IMG/VR virus record: IMGVR_UViG_3300029448_000015 | Location: 8,477-72,476 of that record | DNA: 64,000 nucleotides | Direction: 5' to 3' (one strand) | DNA from: a virus | Shown here: in pieces, positions 10,235-18,927 of the stretch | Numbering within the stretch: position 1 is the first letter of the stretch | How the letters are laid out: each line of letters starts with the position of its first letter | The notes under the pieces: generated by a model | Told to the model about the DNA's origin: nothing | The model's input: only the letters and a program-made list of their open reading frames with translations | Database searches by the model: none | Translations under genes and position numbers: made by a program

Positions 10235-10566
10235 CGTTTGTTGCTCCTGCGCTTTGTCGTTAGTTTTTCGTCTGGTTTCTTTTCTTCTTAGAACTCTTAG
10301 AACAATATCCAATAATTAAATTAAATATTATCCTTCGTGTTCTAAGAGAGTTTAAAACGATTTGATTGTCTTTTGCAATGCTTTTTTTTCTTTTTCTTTT
10401 TTGATACAATTTCATTTCCCCTCGGCTGAGATGATCGACTCCTGCATGAGCTTCAGATGGGCAAGCTTCAAATTCCTTAACAAATCTCAGCCCCTTTGCT
10501 GTTGAGGAATAGCCCATCACTTCGTTTGACGACAAAATAAGAGTAAAACTCAATGTCTCAATCTCT

Positions 10567-10731
10567 ATGGTTGCTTTGAATGAAATCTACTTAACTGAAA
10601 ACCCTAATTTGTCTTTTAGGGAAGAACTTTTAGATCTTTTGGGACAACACATAGAAAAACTTGAAAGTAAAGCTAATGCTTCCATAGAAGAACGTCACAA
10701 GCTTTTCAGGGAGTCTTTGAAAAAAGAATAG
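10567..10731 (+). CDS. Possible 54-aa counter-strand protein
   Basis: MVALNEIYLTENPNLSFREELLDLL...KKE*; ends just before the hairpin at 10748; no clear SD. Confidence 0.35.
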   Translation: MVALNEIYLTENPNLSFREELLDLLGQHIEKLESKANASIEERHKLFRESLKKE

Positions 10732-10747
10732 TATAGGACTGCTAGAC

Positions 10748-10781
10748 AAAAAAAAGCCCCTAGAACTAATCTCAGGGGCTA
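10748..10781 (-). terminator. Rho-independent terminator after the set A early genes
   Basis: Minus strand AGCCCCT-N12-AGGGGCT followed by a T8 run. Confidence 0.75.
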
Positions 10782-10804
10782 TAAAGAGGAATTAAAGTAT
10801 TTGT

Positions 10805-11011
10805 CTATTGTTTCAATTTTATTCCGATGCTTTTTTGTTTCTCTTCAATCCCAAATAAGATTAAATCTCTAATCAACTGGGATCTATTTACTTTTGATGA
10901 AGGAGAGATTCTTTTGTACAACGATTCCACCTCATTCGTGTAAGCTTCCACCTCACTCCATTGTTCCTCACTGAAATTTAGCAAGATACTTTTTTTATCA
11001 CTCATCTCCAC
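10805..11011 (-). CDS. Ribbon-helix-helix (CopG/Arc-like) DNA-binding protein
   Basis: KSILLNFSEEQW strand-helix start and NRSQLIRDLI second helix. Confidence 0.6.
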   Translation of the reverse strand: MEMSDKKSILLNFSEEQWSEVEAYTNEVESLYKRISPSSKVNRSQLIRDLILFGIEEKQKSIGIKLKQ

Positions 11012-11170
11012 ACTCCCTTTTCTTTTCTATTCGATAAAATAACATTGCAAGCTTCTAGTCTTTTTGTTTCTTCCTCAGTGTTCAACCAAGTACACATACT
11101 TAAAGCTTTCTGCATATTTTTTATGGCCCATCTTGGTTGGTTTTTTCCTACGATTTTTAACGCTTCCTGT

Positions 11171-11377
11171 TTATTCATCATTTTGTAGTTCCTCCTCTAA
11201 GTCTTCTAAGAATTTATCCATGTCTGGAAGATTAGATATTTCCTTTGACACACTTGATACTGACCAGTCCATAATAAATGGTCTTATCATTTGTCCTCTT
11301 TTCCACATTTGATCTCTCGTCCCAGTCCCTTTGATTTTCCCTTTGACAATCAAGTGGTATTTTTTCCAATTAGTCAT
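11171..11377 (-). CDS. Hypothetical early protein
   Basis: ORF track; GGAG SD. Confidence 0.55.
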   Translation of the reverse strand: MTNWKKYHLIVKGKIKGTGTRDQMWKRGQMIRPFIMDWSVSSVSKEISNLPDMDKFLEDLEEELQNDE

Positions 11378-11380
11378 CTT

Positions 11381-11575
11381 TTATTGCTCCCGTATTAAAT
11401 ATTTTTTTAAGTAACAAAAACCCTCATAAGAGATATCATCTTTAACGGTCATCCTTAAAAGTTCCTCCGTTAATTCCTTTGAGGTTAAGTCTTTACGGTC
11501 TCCATAAATTGCCTCAAATGTCACTTGTAATTGTGCCAATTTGAGAGCTTCATCTGCCCAAATATTTCCTTCCAT
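11381..11575 (-). CDS. Hypothetical early protein
   Basis: ORF track; AGGAG SD. Confidence 0.55.
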   Translation of the reverse strand: MEGNIWADEALKLAQLQVTFEAIYGDRKDLTSKELTEELLRMTVKDDISYEGFCYLKKYLIREQ

Positions 11576-11677
11576 CTTTTATTACTCCTGCTATAAGTTT
11601 GTATCTGCCTACTCTTTAGAATAGACAGATAAAAACTCCCCCTAATTAAAGAGGGAGAGTGTCTAGATAATGAAGCT

Positions 11678-11917
11678 TTATTTGAAAGAATTTTCTCCGA
11701 CTAGTTGGTCTATAAAGTTTTGCTCAACTGCCCGACCAATAGCCTTACCCCCTAAATATTTATTAATGTGTCTAGTCGTTGTTTGACTGTACCATGCGTT
11801 AGTCCTGAAAGCTCCGCTATCGTCCCAACCTGCTACTGGTGTCTGATAGCTAAAGAGTATTGAGACCCCATTAATATTTAATTCGGTCATGTTTGATGCT
11901 AAAGGTTTAATGTTCAT
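11678..11917 (-). CDS. First early gene of set A, hypothetical protein
   Basis: LFSYQTPVA...YSQTTTRHINKYL; directly downstream of the promoter. Confidence 0.65.
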   Translation of the reverse strand: MNIKPLASNMTELNINGVSILFSYQTPVAGWDDSGAFRTNAWYSQTTTRHINKYLGGKAIGRAVEQNFIDQLVGENSFK

Positions 11918-11950
11918 TCTGTTACTCGTCTGTTTGTTTAAGGTGGAACC

Positions 11951-11980
11951 AATATATAACTATATACATATATATGTCAA
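11951..11980 (-). promoter_or_regulatory. Sigma70-type early promoter, set A
   Basis: TTGACA-N18-TATATT on the minus strand. Confidence 0.65.
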
Positions 11981-12123
11981 CTAATATTTAAAATTATTTT
12001 ATAGCGTTATTAACTGGGGAGTATCTGGGAGGAACTTGAGGAAATATTCTTAGGGGGTTAATAGAGGTGCTAATGGCTCCCATTGCTCCACACTCATTGT
12101 CAATCTATGGATTCACTGAGTAG

Positions 12124-12400
12124 GTTAGTGAGCACTCACTGGGGCGATAGAGTCTATAGAAATACTAAGGCGGGGTCATTTGATGGATGGGGGGACACCT
12201 AGCATACTTAGTAATATTAGTAGGTGCTACCCAGATACAAGAAAGAGTAATTTTAGAAAAATAGGTCTAATGGGAATAACTCCGTTCCCTAAACAATTCT
12301 TTTATTTCATTAATAATCAATCTGTTATTCCTTCTAAGAATAAAAAGGGTTGATATTGAAAAAGGACAGTGTAGTTAAGGGGAAGTGAGTACTCACTAAC
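12124..12400. repeat. Two palindromic AGTGAG-NN-CTCACT boxes forming a 17-bp inverted repeat
   Basis: gttagtgagcactcact (12124-12140) and agtgagtactcactaac (12384-12400), one mismatch. Confidence 0.7.
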
Positions 12401-12482
12401 TTAATCTTTTTATAAATTTAGTGTACTTTTATTTGAATGTATGATAAAAGTCAGGGCATCTAAAGGTCTGCCCACAATAACT

Positions 12483-12884
12483 ATGGAAAACTTACCTAAG
12501 AAAAAAAGGGGTAGACCCAAAAAATCTGAGTTGTCTTTAAATAAAGCAGGAAATCGAGGTCAAATAGGAAGACCTAAAGGCGATACTGCGATTATTAATG
12601 AATACAAGTCCAGAATGTTATCTTCCCCTAAGTCCAGAAAAGTATTGGACTCCATTATGGATGCTGCTTTAGACAACGAGCATAAGAATCAAGCAGCAGC
12701 ATGGAAACTGTTAATGGACAGAATGCTGCCGATTAGTTATTTTGAGAAAGACAAGACAACTGGAGGCAGGAGTAACATTTCAATTACTATCTCTGGGTTA
12801 GGAGTCAATGAGACTTCTAACGTAGAAGACTCTTTAAATTTAGAAGAAAGTGTAATTGAAGGGACTTACACGAATAATGTTTAA
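12483..12884 (+). CDS. terS: Putative terminase small subunit, set A
   Basis: KRGRPKK / GRPKG N-terminus, AAWKLLMDRMLP; first late gene, upstream of TerL. Confidence 0.6.
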   Translation: MENLPKKKRGRPKKSELSLNKAGNRGQIGRPKGDTAIINEYKSRMLSSPKSRKVLDSIMDAALDNEHKNQAAAWKLLMDRMLPISYFEKDKTTGGRSNISITISGLGVNETSNVEDSLNLEESVIEGTYTNNV

Positions 12885-13224
12885 ATACTTTGAGCTAGAT
12901 GAGTTTACTTGTTCTGAAACAGGTAAAAATGAGATGCAGGAAGGATTTATTCATTTATTAGACTCTTTAAGAGAAAGTTGTGATTTCCCTTTTAAGATTA
13001 CGTCAGGCTATAGAGACAGAACGCACTCTGCTGAGAGTAATAAAACTACAGTAGGTCAGCATACATTAGGATGTGCAGCAGATATTTACATTGATAATGG
13101 TGTGAGAAGATACGAAATTGTCCAGCAAGCAATGTTATTAGGTTTTAAAGGGATCGGTATCGCTAAAACCTTTGTTCATGTCGATACTAGGGCATCAAAC
13201 CATAAAGTTATTTGGACGTATTAA
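12877..13224 (+). CDS. Peptidase M15 family endolysin, set A
   Basis: ITSGYR...H, HTLGCAAD, FVHVD Zn motifs. Confidence 0.85.
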   Translation: MFKYFELDEFTCSETGKNEMQEGFIHLLDSLRESCDFPFKITSGYRDRTHSAESNKTTVGQHTLGCAADIYIDNGVRRYEIVQQAMLLGFKGIGIAKTFVHVDTRASNHKVIWTY

Positions 13225-13230
13225 TAAAAT

Positions 13231-13353
13231 ATGTCTCAATCTGAAGAAATTAAAAAACATTTAAAAAGATCAGTATCTCAAACAGAACTCTTAGAACGAC
13301 AAAGAAAAGTAATTAAAGAACAAACAGCATTAATTAATAAATTATTATCTTAG
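13231..13353 (+). CDS. Hypothetical 40-aa protein (not in ORF track)
   Basis: MSQSEEIKKHLKRS...KLLS*, read by hand. Confidence 0.4.
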   Translation: MSQSEEIKKHLKRSVSQTELLERQRKVIKEQTALINKLLS

Positions 13354-13384
13354 TAAATAAAAGTTGTTTGGACTTATTCGTAAA

Positions 13385-13537
13385 ATGTGGAAACTTTGGT
13401 GTCTTTCTTTAGGAGAAAAAGCAAGCGATAACTCTAAAGAAGCAGACATCGTAGCATTGTTTAGGACAGTTATTGTTTTACTTAATGCAGTAACTTGTTT
13501 ATTTATTATTAGCGGTATTATTAGGCATTGGGGATAA
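13385..13537 (+). CDS. 50-aa membrane protein (not in ORF track)
   Basis: MWKLWCLSLGEKASDNSKEADIVALFRTVIV...RHWG; close homologue at 48985-49143. Confidence 0.75.
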   Translation: MWKLWCLSLGEKASDNSKEADIVALFRTVIVLLNAVTCLFIISGIIRHWG

Positions 13538-13647
13538 TGAAAAAAGATAAACCTAAAGATAAGCGTAAACTTAATCATATAAATTGGAAGATTAAACTTT
13601 GGGCTAGTAGTAGTAATTAAACTGATTAATTTAAAAGCAATATAAAT

Positions 13648-14910
13648 ATGGCTGAAAGTGCATTAGACATTAAGCTGTTACCGTGGCAACAAGAGGTTTG
13701 GAATGATCCTGTACGCTTTAAAATTGTTGCAGCAGGAAGACGTACAGGTAAATCACGTTTAGCAGCATGGCTTTTAATTGTTAACGCTTTACAGAAAGAT
13801 CGCTCTATTGTTTTTTATGTCGCTCCAACTCAGGGGCAAGCTAGAGACATTATGTGGGATACGCTAATGGATTTAGGGCATCCCGTTATTTCTTCTAGTC
13901 ATATAAACAATTTACAAATTAAATTAATTAATGGTTCTACAATTTCATTAAAGGGTGGCGACAGGCCAGAAACTATGCGGGGTGTCTCGCTAAAGTTTTT
14001 AGTCTTAGATGAGTATGCAGACATTAAATCTGAAGTCTGGGAACAGATCCTTAGACCAGCACTTGCTGACCAAAAAGGTCAGGCATTATTTATCGGGACA
14101 CCTATGGGTAGAAATCATTTTTATGAATTATATAAATATGGTGAATTTGAAGAAGACCCTTCCTATAAGTCTTGGCACTTTACAAGTTATGACAATCCTC
14201 TTTTAGACAAAGAGGAAATTAATTCAGCAAAGAAATCTATGTCAAGTTATGCGTTTCGACAGGAATTTATGGCTTCCTTTGAAGCAAGAGGCTCTGAAGT
14301 ATTTAAAGAAGATTGGGTTAAATTTAGTGAAGAAAAACCAGAGAACTTTGATTGTTATGTTGCAGTAGATATTTCTGGTTTTCAAGATTTAATTAAAAAG
14401 AAAACAAAAAATAAACGCTTGGACAATACATCAATATGTGTTGTTTTTGTTAATGAGGATGGTTGGTACGTAGAAAATATAGTGTATGGTAGATGGACAG
14501 TTGAAGAAACAGCACAAAAGATTTTTCAAGTCGTAAAGGATTATAAACCTTTATGTGTCGGTATTGAGAGGTGTATTTCGTATCAAGCTGTTATGCCTCC
14601 TCTATTAGACATGATGAGAAGAAACAATTTCTTTTTTCATATTGAAGAACTTTTACACAACAACGTCAAAAAAATTGATAGAGTTATTTGGGCTTTACAG
14701 GGTAGGTTTGAAAACGGCATTATTACGTTAAATAAAGGGGCATGGAATAGTCGCTTTTTAGATGAGTTATTTCAGTTTCCTGATATATTAACGCATGATG
14801 ATTTAGTGGATTCTTTAGCGTACATAGATCAATTAGCAAAAGTAACTTATAGCGGTAATTATGAAGAATTATCAGACTTTGAAATAATTGATTCTGTCGC
14901 GGGGTATTAA
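13648..14910 (+). CDS. terL: Terminase large subunit, set A
   Basis: AAGRRTGKS Walker A, LVLDE Walker B, GTPMG, HDDLVD nuclease motif. Confidence 0.95.
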   Translation: MAESALDIKLLPWQQEVWNDPVRFKIVAAGRRTGKSRLAAWLLIVNALQKDRSIVFYVAPTQGQARDIMWDTLMDLGHPVISSSHINNLQIKLINGSTISLKGGDRPETMRGVSLKFLVLDEYADIKSEVWEQILRPALADQKGQALFIGTPMGRNHFYELYKYGEFEEDPSYKSWHFTSYDNPLLDKEEINSAKKSMSSYAFRQEFMASFEARGSEVFKEDWVKFSEEKPENFDCYVAVDISGFQDLIKKKTKNKRLDNTSICVVFVNEDGWYVENIVYGRWTVEETAQKIFQVVKDYKPLCVGIERCISYQAVMPPLLDMMRRNNFFFHIEELLHNNVKKIDRVIWALQGRFENGIITLNKGAWNSRFLDELFQFPDILTHDDLVDSLAYIDQLAKVTYSGNYEELSDFEIIDSVAGY

Positions 14911-14913
14911 AAT

Positions 14914-17025
14914 ATGGCTTATGGTGATGATAATAAACCTTCAATGATGCAAGAGTCATTGGAGAGTTGGGTAATATATAAGTGTGACCAGTGGAGAGAT
15001 CACTTTGAATCGAATTACTCAGAAAAGTTTGATGAGTATTATCGGTTATGGCGAGGCATCTGGGCAAAAGAAGATGTTACTAGAGATTCAGAGAGATCTA
15101 AAATTATTTCTCCTGCATTGCAACAGGCAGTTGAAAGCTCTGTTGCTGAAATAGAAGAAGCTACTTTCGGAAGAGGAAAGTTTTTTGACATTAGAGATGA
15201 CGCTGGTGATCCCGAAAATAGAGACATTGTTTTTTTAAGGGAACAATTACATAAAGACTTTCAAAAAAGTAAAGTTAGAAAGTCAGTAGCAGAGTGTTTA
15301 ATTAACTCTGCTGTATTTGGTACAGGAATTGGAGAAGTTGTTTTAGAGGAAGAAAAAGAAATGACTCCTGCTACTCAGCCCATTATGGGAGGTGAGTTAA
15401 CCGCAGTAGGAGTTAATGTTAGGGATAGAATCACCTGTAAGTTACGCCCTGTCATGCCTCAAAATTTCCTCATTGATCCTGTTGCTACTTCAATTGAGGA
15501 AGCCTCTGGTGTAGCGATTGATGAGTTTGTCTCCCTACATACAGTAGAGCAACTACAAGAATCAGGTGTCTATCGTAAAGTAAATGTTGCATCTGCTTCT
15601 TCTGATTATGACATCGAGCCAGATCAAGATTTAACTATTTACCCAGATGATAAAGTCCGTCTGACAAAATACTATGGTTTAGTCCCTCGTTATTTATTTT
15701 TAGATGCTCAAGCACAACTAGAGTTTCTTGAGGAGCAAGAAGAATTAGGGGAAGAAGGTTTAGCAGAGTTAGAACAACGTGAACAAGAAGAAGGTTTAGA
15801 AAACGAAGAAGGAACGGAAGAAGAAAGCTATTACGTAGAAGCAGTTGTTGTTATTGCAAACAATGGTACGTTATTAAAAGTTGAAATAAACCCATACATG
15901 ATGGGAGATAGACCTGTTGTAGCTTTCCCGTGGGATGTTGTTCCTTCTCGTTTTTGGGGCAGAGGGGTTTGTGAAAAAGGATACAACAGTCAAAAAGCAT
16001 TAGACGCAGAAATTAGAGCACGTATTGATGCTTTAGCTTTAACAGTACACCCTATGTTAGCAATGGACGCTACCCGAATACCTAGAGGGTCTAGGCCGGA
16101 AGTAAAAGCAGGTAAAGTTATTTTAACTAATGGTAATCCTGCTGAAGTCTTACAGCCTTTTAACTTTGGACAAGTAAATCAAATTACTTTTGCACAGGCT
16201 GATGCTTTGCAAAAGATGGTACAGACTGCTACAGGGGCTATTGATTCTGCTGGTTTTGCTGGCTCAGTCAATAAAGACTCTACAGCAGCAGGGATTAGTA
16301 TGTCTTTAGGTGCGATTATTAAACGCCACAAAAGAACGCTAATCAATTTCCAAGAATCTTTCTTAATTCCTTTTGTTACTAAAGCAGCCCATCGCTACAT
16401 GCAGTTTGATCCTGAGAACTATCCTGTAGCAGACTATCGGTTTGATGCGGTATCTACGTTAGGGCTAATGGCAAGAGAGTACGAAGTAACTCAATTAGTC
16501 CAGTTGTTACAAACTATGCAAGCAGATTCACCTATCTATGGTCAGTTAGTAGAAGCTATTATTGATAATATGAATCTCAGTAATCGGGAAGAATTGTTGA
16601 GTCGTATACAGCAAGCTTCTCAAAGTTCTCCAGAAGAACAACAAGCGGCTGCACTTTCACAACAATCTCAGATTGCTTTCCAAGAAGCTCAAACTTCTGC
16701 TCTTTCTGGACAAGCAGCAGAATCTCAAGCTAGAGCTAGGAAGATAGTTACAGAGACAGAATTAATGCCTGAAGAATTACAAATTGATCGTTTAAAAGCA
16801 GTCACTACTAATTTAAGAGCAGGTACTGAGGACGATAAAGAGTTTGAAAGAAGGCTTAAAGTAGCTAATTTATTAATTAAAGAAGGTTCTCAAACATCTT
16901 CTCCTCCTAATGGTATTGTTTCGCAACAATTTACAGAACAGCCAGAACAGCCAGAACAGCCAGAACAATCTCTTCCAGATAATATAATGGAGTTTGCTCC
17001 CGATGGTCAGCCACAGAGAACTTAA
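14914..17025 (+). CDS. Portal protein, set A
   Basis: 703 aa after TerL; SAVFGTGI and FWGRGV motifs parallel 56307-58481. Confidence 0.85.
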   Translation: MAYGDDNKPSMMQESLESWVIYKCDQWRDHFESNYSEKFDEYYRLWRGIWAKEDVTRDSERSKIISPALQQAVESSVAEIEEATFGRGKFFDIRDDAGDPENRDIVFLREQLHKDFQKSKVRKSVAECLINSAVFGTGIGEVVLEEEKEMTPATQPIMGGELTAVGVNVRDRITCKLRPVMPQNFLIDPVATSIEEASGVAIDEFVSLHTVEQLQESGVYRKVNVASASSDYDIEPDQDLTIYPDDKVRLTKYYGLVPRYLFLDAQAQLEFLEEQEELGEEGLAELEQREQEEGLENEEGTEEESYYVEAVVVIANNGTLLKVEINPYMMGDRPVVAFPWDVVPSRFWGRGVCEKGYNSQKALDAEIRARIDALALTVHPMLAMDATRIPRGSRPEVKAGKVILTNGNPAEVLQPFNFGQVNQITFAQADALQKMVQTATGAIDSAGFAGSVNKDSTAAGISMSLGAIIKRHKRTLINFQESFLIPFVTKAAHRYMQFDPENYPVADYRFDAVSTLGLMAREYEVTQLVQLLQTMQADSPIYGQLVEAIIDNMNLSNREELLSRIQQASQSSPEEQQAAALSQQSQIAFQEAQTSALSGQAAESQARARKIVTETELMPEELQIDRLKAVTTNLRAGTEDDKEFERRLKVANLLIKEGSQTSSPPNGIVSQQFTEQPEQPEQPEQSLPDNIMEFAPDGQPQRT

Positions 17026-17173
17026 TGATATTGTTGCTCAAATTAACAAACATTTTGATTTAATTTTTAGTAAACTAGAAGCATTAGAAAATGAAGTCAA
17101 ACAACAAAAAACAAGATCCAAGACTAAAAAAACTAGGTCTAAACTCCTACAATCAAACGAAGAGGACTCCTAA
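17003..17173 (+). CDS. Hypothetical 56-aa protein overlapping the portal end
   Basis: MVSHRELNDIVAQINKHFDLIFSKLEALE..., GGAG upstream; read by hand. Confidence 0.45.
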   Translation: MVSHRELNDIVAQINKHFDLIFSKLEALENEVKQQKTRSKTKKTRSKLLQSNEEDS

Positions 17174-17390
17174 CCATGCTACAAAGTCACACGTTGTTGT
17201 CGCAAAGGAGGGTGATAAAATCAAGACAATCCGCTTTGGTCAACAGGGGGCGAAGACGGCAGGGTCTTATAAGAAGGGAGAAAGCAAAGCCACTACTGCT
17301 AAACGAAAAAGTTTTAAATCCCGACACGCTAAAAATATAGCTAGAGGGAAGATGTCAGCAGCTTGGTGGGCAAATCGTGAAAAATGGTAG
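17091..17390 (+). CDS. Small basic protein (IRFGQQG type), set A
   Basis: Homologue of 38670-38963. Confidence 0.75.
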   Translation: MKSNNKKQDPRLKKLGLNSYNQTKRTPNHATKSHVVVAKEGDKIKTIRFGQQGAKTAGSYKKGESKATTAKRKSFKSRHAKNIARGKMSAAWWANREKW

Positions 17391-17580
17391 TATTTAAAAT
17401 TAACTTTAATGAAATGGAGGAAAGTAATAACTAAATGGTATTTGACATTATTTGTTTTATTGGATTATTAGGAGTAGTAGGACTAGCGTTTTTACCGGAA
17501 GAATTGAGCAGACAACAGAAGTTCAGATCAAATCCATTTAATTTTTATTTTCATAATTATTTTTAGATAGGAGAAGATAA

Positions 17581-17685
17581 ATGCCAAAAGGTAAAGGAAC
17601 TTATGGTTCAACCAGAGGAAGACCGCCAATGAAAGGTACAAAGAAAAAGAATAAAAAGAAAAAAATGATTAATCGGACTTACTAA
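17581..17685 (+). CDS. 34-aa Lys-rich protein (not in ORF track)
   Basis: AGGAG SD; MPKGKGTYGSTRGRPPMK... Confidence 0.6.
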   Translation: MPKGKGTYGSTRGRPPMKGTKKKNKKKKMINRTY

Positions 17686-17843
17686 TGGCTACAACAAAGT
17701 TAACTGCTAGACAAAAAACTACGTTAGAAAAACATTCTAAACATCATTCTGCTAAACACATGGCGATGATGAGAAAAGAAATGAAAGCAGGTCTAACTTT
17801 TACACAGGCGCATAAGAAAGCTCAAAAGAAAGTAGGGACATAA
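17685..17843 (+). CDS. 52-aa basic His-containing protein (not in ORF track)
   Basis: TAATG-coupled at both ends; LEKHSKHHSAKHM...TFTQAHKKAQKKVG. Confidence 0.65.
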   Translation: MATTKLTARQKTTLEKHSKHHSAKHMAMMRKEMKAGLTFTQAHKKAQKKVGT

Positions 17844-18049
17844 TGACTAGAACAAAAACCCCAGTTAAAAAGAAAAGTAAATCTAGGGTTAATGAAGCTG
17901 GTAATTATACAAAACCTACTATGCGTAAAAACTTGTTTAATAAAATTAAAGCAGGTTCTAAAGGAGGGAGTGCTGGTCAATGGTCTGGGCGTAAAGCACA
18001 AATGTTAGCAAAAGAATACAAAGCTAAAGGTGGAGGTTACAGGAGTTAA
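17843..18049 (+). CDS. Small basic protein (YTKP..GQWS.RKAQ type), set A
   Basis: Homologue of 38101-38289. Confidence 0.75.
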   Translation: MTRTKTPVKKKSKSRVNEAGNYTKPTMRKNLFNKIKAGSKGGSAGQWSGRKAQMLAKEYKAKGGGYRS

Positions 18050-18303
18050 TGACTCTTAAAAAATCTCAAAAAAGTCTTAAAAACTGGACTTCCCAAAATT
18101 GGAAGACTAAAAGCGGAAAACCTAGCACTCAGGGTAAGTCTGCTACTGGAGAGAGATACCTTCCTGCTGCTGCGATTAAGTCTTTGTCGGATAAAGAGTA
18201 CGCTGCTACTACAAGAAAAAAACGTGCTGATACTAAAAAAGGTAAAAAGACTAGCAAGCAACCTAAGAAGATTGCAAAGAAAACGAGATCTTACAGAAAA
18301 TAA
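18049..18303 (+). CDS. Small basic protein (SQKSL..W..GERYLP type), set A
   Basis: Homologue of 38289-38537. Confidence 0.75.
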   Translation: MTLKKSQKSLKNWTSQNWKTKSGKPSTQGKSATGERYLPAAAIKSLSDKEYAATTRKKRADTKKGKKTSKQPKKIAKKTRSYRK

Positions 18304-18378
18304 AAGCTTTACAGGGTATTTTCTTTTTGGTAGGCTCGGCTAAATCTAACTTATCTGTCCTTTGTAGGAAAAACGGAT

Positions 18379-18642
18379 ATGGAACAAGTAGAAGAAGACA
18401 AGAAATTTGAAGAATACGTGTTTGAAATGCGTAACTTATTTAGATCTGAAGGGTGGAAGTATTTTATAAATGATGTAGAAACATCTATAAAAAATATAAA
18501 CTCTTTAGAAACAACTAAAGATTCAGAAGATTTATTTTTTAAGAAAGGGCAACTCTTAGTAATGAATAACTGCCTTAATCTTGAAACTCAACTTGAAACT
18601 TTAGTAACGCAAAGAAACTCTGAACCCTCAGAAGAGGTATAA
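18379..18642 (+). CDS. Head-module hypothetical protein
   Basis: W...LFFKKGQL pattern resembles W...MFRSQGKM in 58285-58509. Confidence 0.6.
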   Translation: MEQVEEDKKFEEYVFEMRNLFRSEGWKYFINDVETSIKNINSLETTKDSEDLFFKKGQLLVMNNCLNLETQLETLVTQRNSEPSEEV

Positions 18643-18876
18643 ATGAGAATGTTGTTTGACTTCAGGTGTTCTGAAGGTCATGTAACAGAACATTTTACTA
18701 CTAAGGATACTTCAGAAGTTTCCTGTCTTATTTGTGGTAAAGCTGCAAATAGGATTATATCTCCTGTTAGGAGTGTTTTAGACCCAATAAGCGGTGATTT
18801 TTTAGGTGCTACACGTAAATGGGCAAAGCACAGAGAGCAGCAGATTAAAAAAGAACGTAAGGAAGAGTACCAATAA
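18643..18876 (+). CDS. FmdB-like zinc-ribbon protein
   Basis: FDFRCSEGH...CLICG...RIIS. Confidence 0.7.
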   Translation: MRMLFDFRCSEGHVTEHFTTKDTSEVSCLICGKAANRIISPVRSVLDPISGDFLGATRKWAKHREQQIKKERKEEYQ

Positions 18877-18927
18877 CTTCCTTATTTATTCCACAATACT
18901 CTTTAGAAGTACGGAATCCTATAAATT

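Noticed and set aside
10260-10553. 97-aa minus-strand ORF
   Set aside because: TTG start, crosses a poly-T tract and a hairpin, no SD; probably non-coding.
16934-16968. CAGAACAGC tandem repeat
   Set aside because: Encodes EQP repeats in the disordered portal tail; ordinary slippage.
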